A stretch of DNA of 64,000 bases, taken from NCBI GenBank assembly GCA_964478715.1, contig CAYZIY010000004.1, positions 43,351-107,350 on the forward strand, in the 5' to 3' direction. Positions 63,579 to 64,000 of the stretch are shown piece by piece; within the stretch, counting starts at the first letter, position 1, and each line of letters opens with the position of its first letter. The notes beneath the pieces are model-generated. The model had not been told where the DNA came from. It was given only the letters and a program-made list of their open reading frames with translations, and did no database searches. The stretch comes from an uncultured Planctomycetales bacterium. GTDB lineage: Bacteria > Omnitrophota > Gorgyraeia > Zapsychrales > JBDRMG01. The translations under genes were made by a program, and so were the position numbers.

Positions 63579-64000
63579 ATAATGACCGCGCTCTTATTTT
63601 AATTAAACCCGATGGCTTGGCCAAGTCTTTGACAGGCAATATTCTCACCCGTTTGTCGGAATCAAAATTGGAAATTGTTGCCGCTCGAATGATGCGTGTT
63701 TCTAAAGAATTAGCCGAAGAACACTATAAGCAGCTCAGCGATAAACCCTTTTTCGGCGAAATCATTAAGTATATTACGGGCAATTACCATAGCCGAAAAA
63801 AGGTTATGGCTATGGTTTATTGGGGTCCCGATGCGATTGAGAAGTGCCGATTATTGGCCGGGCGGACCAATCCGGAGGAAGCCGATTCTGTGAGTATCCG
63901 TGGGCAATATGGGAGGATCACAACCAGCGGCGTTTACGAAAATGTGATTCATGTGTCTTCGGATCCAGAAGAGGCCGAAAGAGAAATTAAATTGTGGTTT
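63575..64000 (+). CDS. ndk: Nucleoside diphosphate kinase (3' end beyond the window).
   Basis: MNNDRALILIKPDGLAKSLTGNILTRLSESKLEIVAARMM…YWGPDAIEKCRLLAGRTNP…SIRGQYG…NVIHVSSDPEEAEREIKLWF. The ATG overlaps the parB stop (ATGA). Confidence 0.8.
   Translation, partial: MNNDRALILIKPDGLAKSLTGNILTRLSESKLEIVAARMMRVSKELAEEHYKQLSDKPFFGEIIKYITGNYHSRKKVMAMVYWGPDAIEKCRLLAGRTNPEEADSVSIRGQYGRITTSGVYENVIHVSSDPEEAEREIKLWF

Overview
This 64 kb window is an origin-proximal chromosomal region of an uncultivated-looking bacterium with moderate GC. Almost every gene left of about 59.3 kb is on the minus strand and every gene to the right is on the plus strand. At the switch point sit dnaA-dnaN-DUF721-gyrB-gyrA (minus) and rpmH-yidD-yidC-jag-parA-parB-ndk (plus), with an exact parS site in between. 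This places oriC at about 59.3-59.65 kb. The dominant accessory content is an unusually elaborate Tad/Flp pilus system, split into two minus-strand operons. (i) An array of seven tandem Flp-type pilin genes (13930-16366) is followed by TadF-like, TadE-like and TadG-like genes whose pilin-like N-termini are fused to very large cysteine-rich C-terminal regions of 480, 1175 and 143 aa, then tadB and tadC. (ii) The second operon is cpaB, a secretin with a fused C-terminal TonB_C domain, a CpaE(ParA/MinD)-CpaF(TadA ATPase) fusion protein, and a DUF192 gene. Upstream of the second operon are a SurA/PpiC-like foldase and two tandem, partly gene-converted paralogs (355 and 469 aa) that also combine a Flp/TadE-type prepilin leader with big Cys-rich modules. 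One paralog has a frameshifted 3' end. Next to these are a receiver-only response regulator, a 1306-aa multi-PAS hybrid histidine kinase and an HTH-receiver regulator. The left edge holds the 5' 5.8 kb of a giant minus-strand gene (more than 1940 codons, incomplete, so absent from the ORF track) with an N-terminal TM segment and a C39-like cysteine-peptidase motif. The middle of the window has housekeeping and metabolic genes: mdh, nitrilase-family hydrolase, GST, radical SAM, 2-hydroxyacid dehydrogenase, ATP-grasp plus HEXXH peptidase pair, TrpB2, ankyrin protein and MetY. It also has a 1098-aa surface protein with six CBM-like repeats and a tandem dockerin, a frameshifted HigB/HigA toxin-antitoxin pair and a tRNA-Glu(UUC). 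No CRISPR array, rRNA or obvious transposase was seen. All calls are from reading the sequence and translations by eye. No database search was run.
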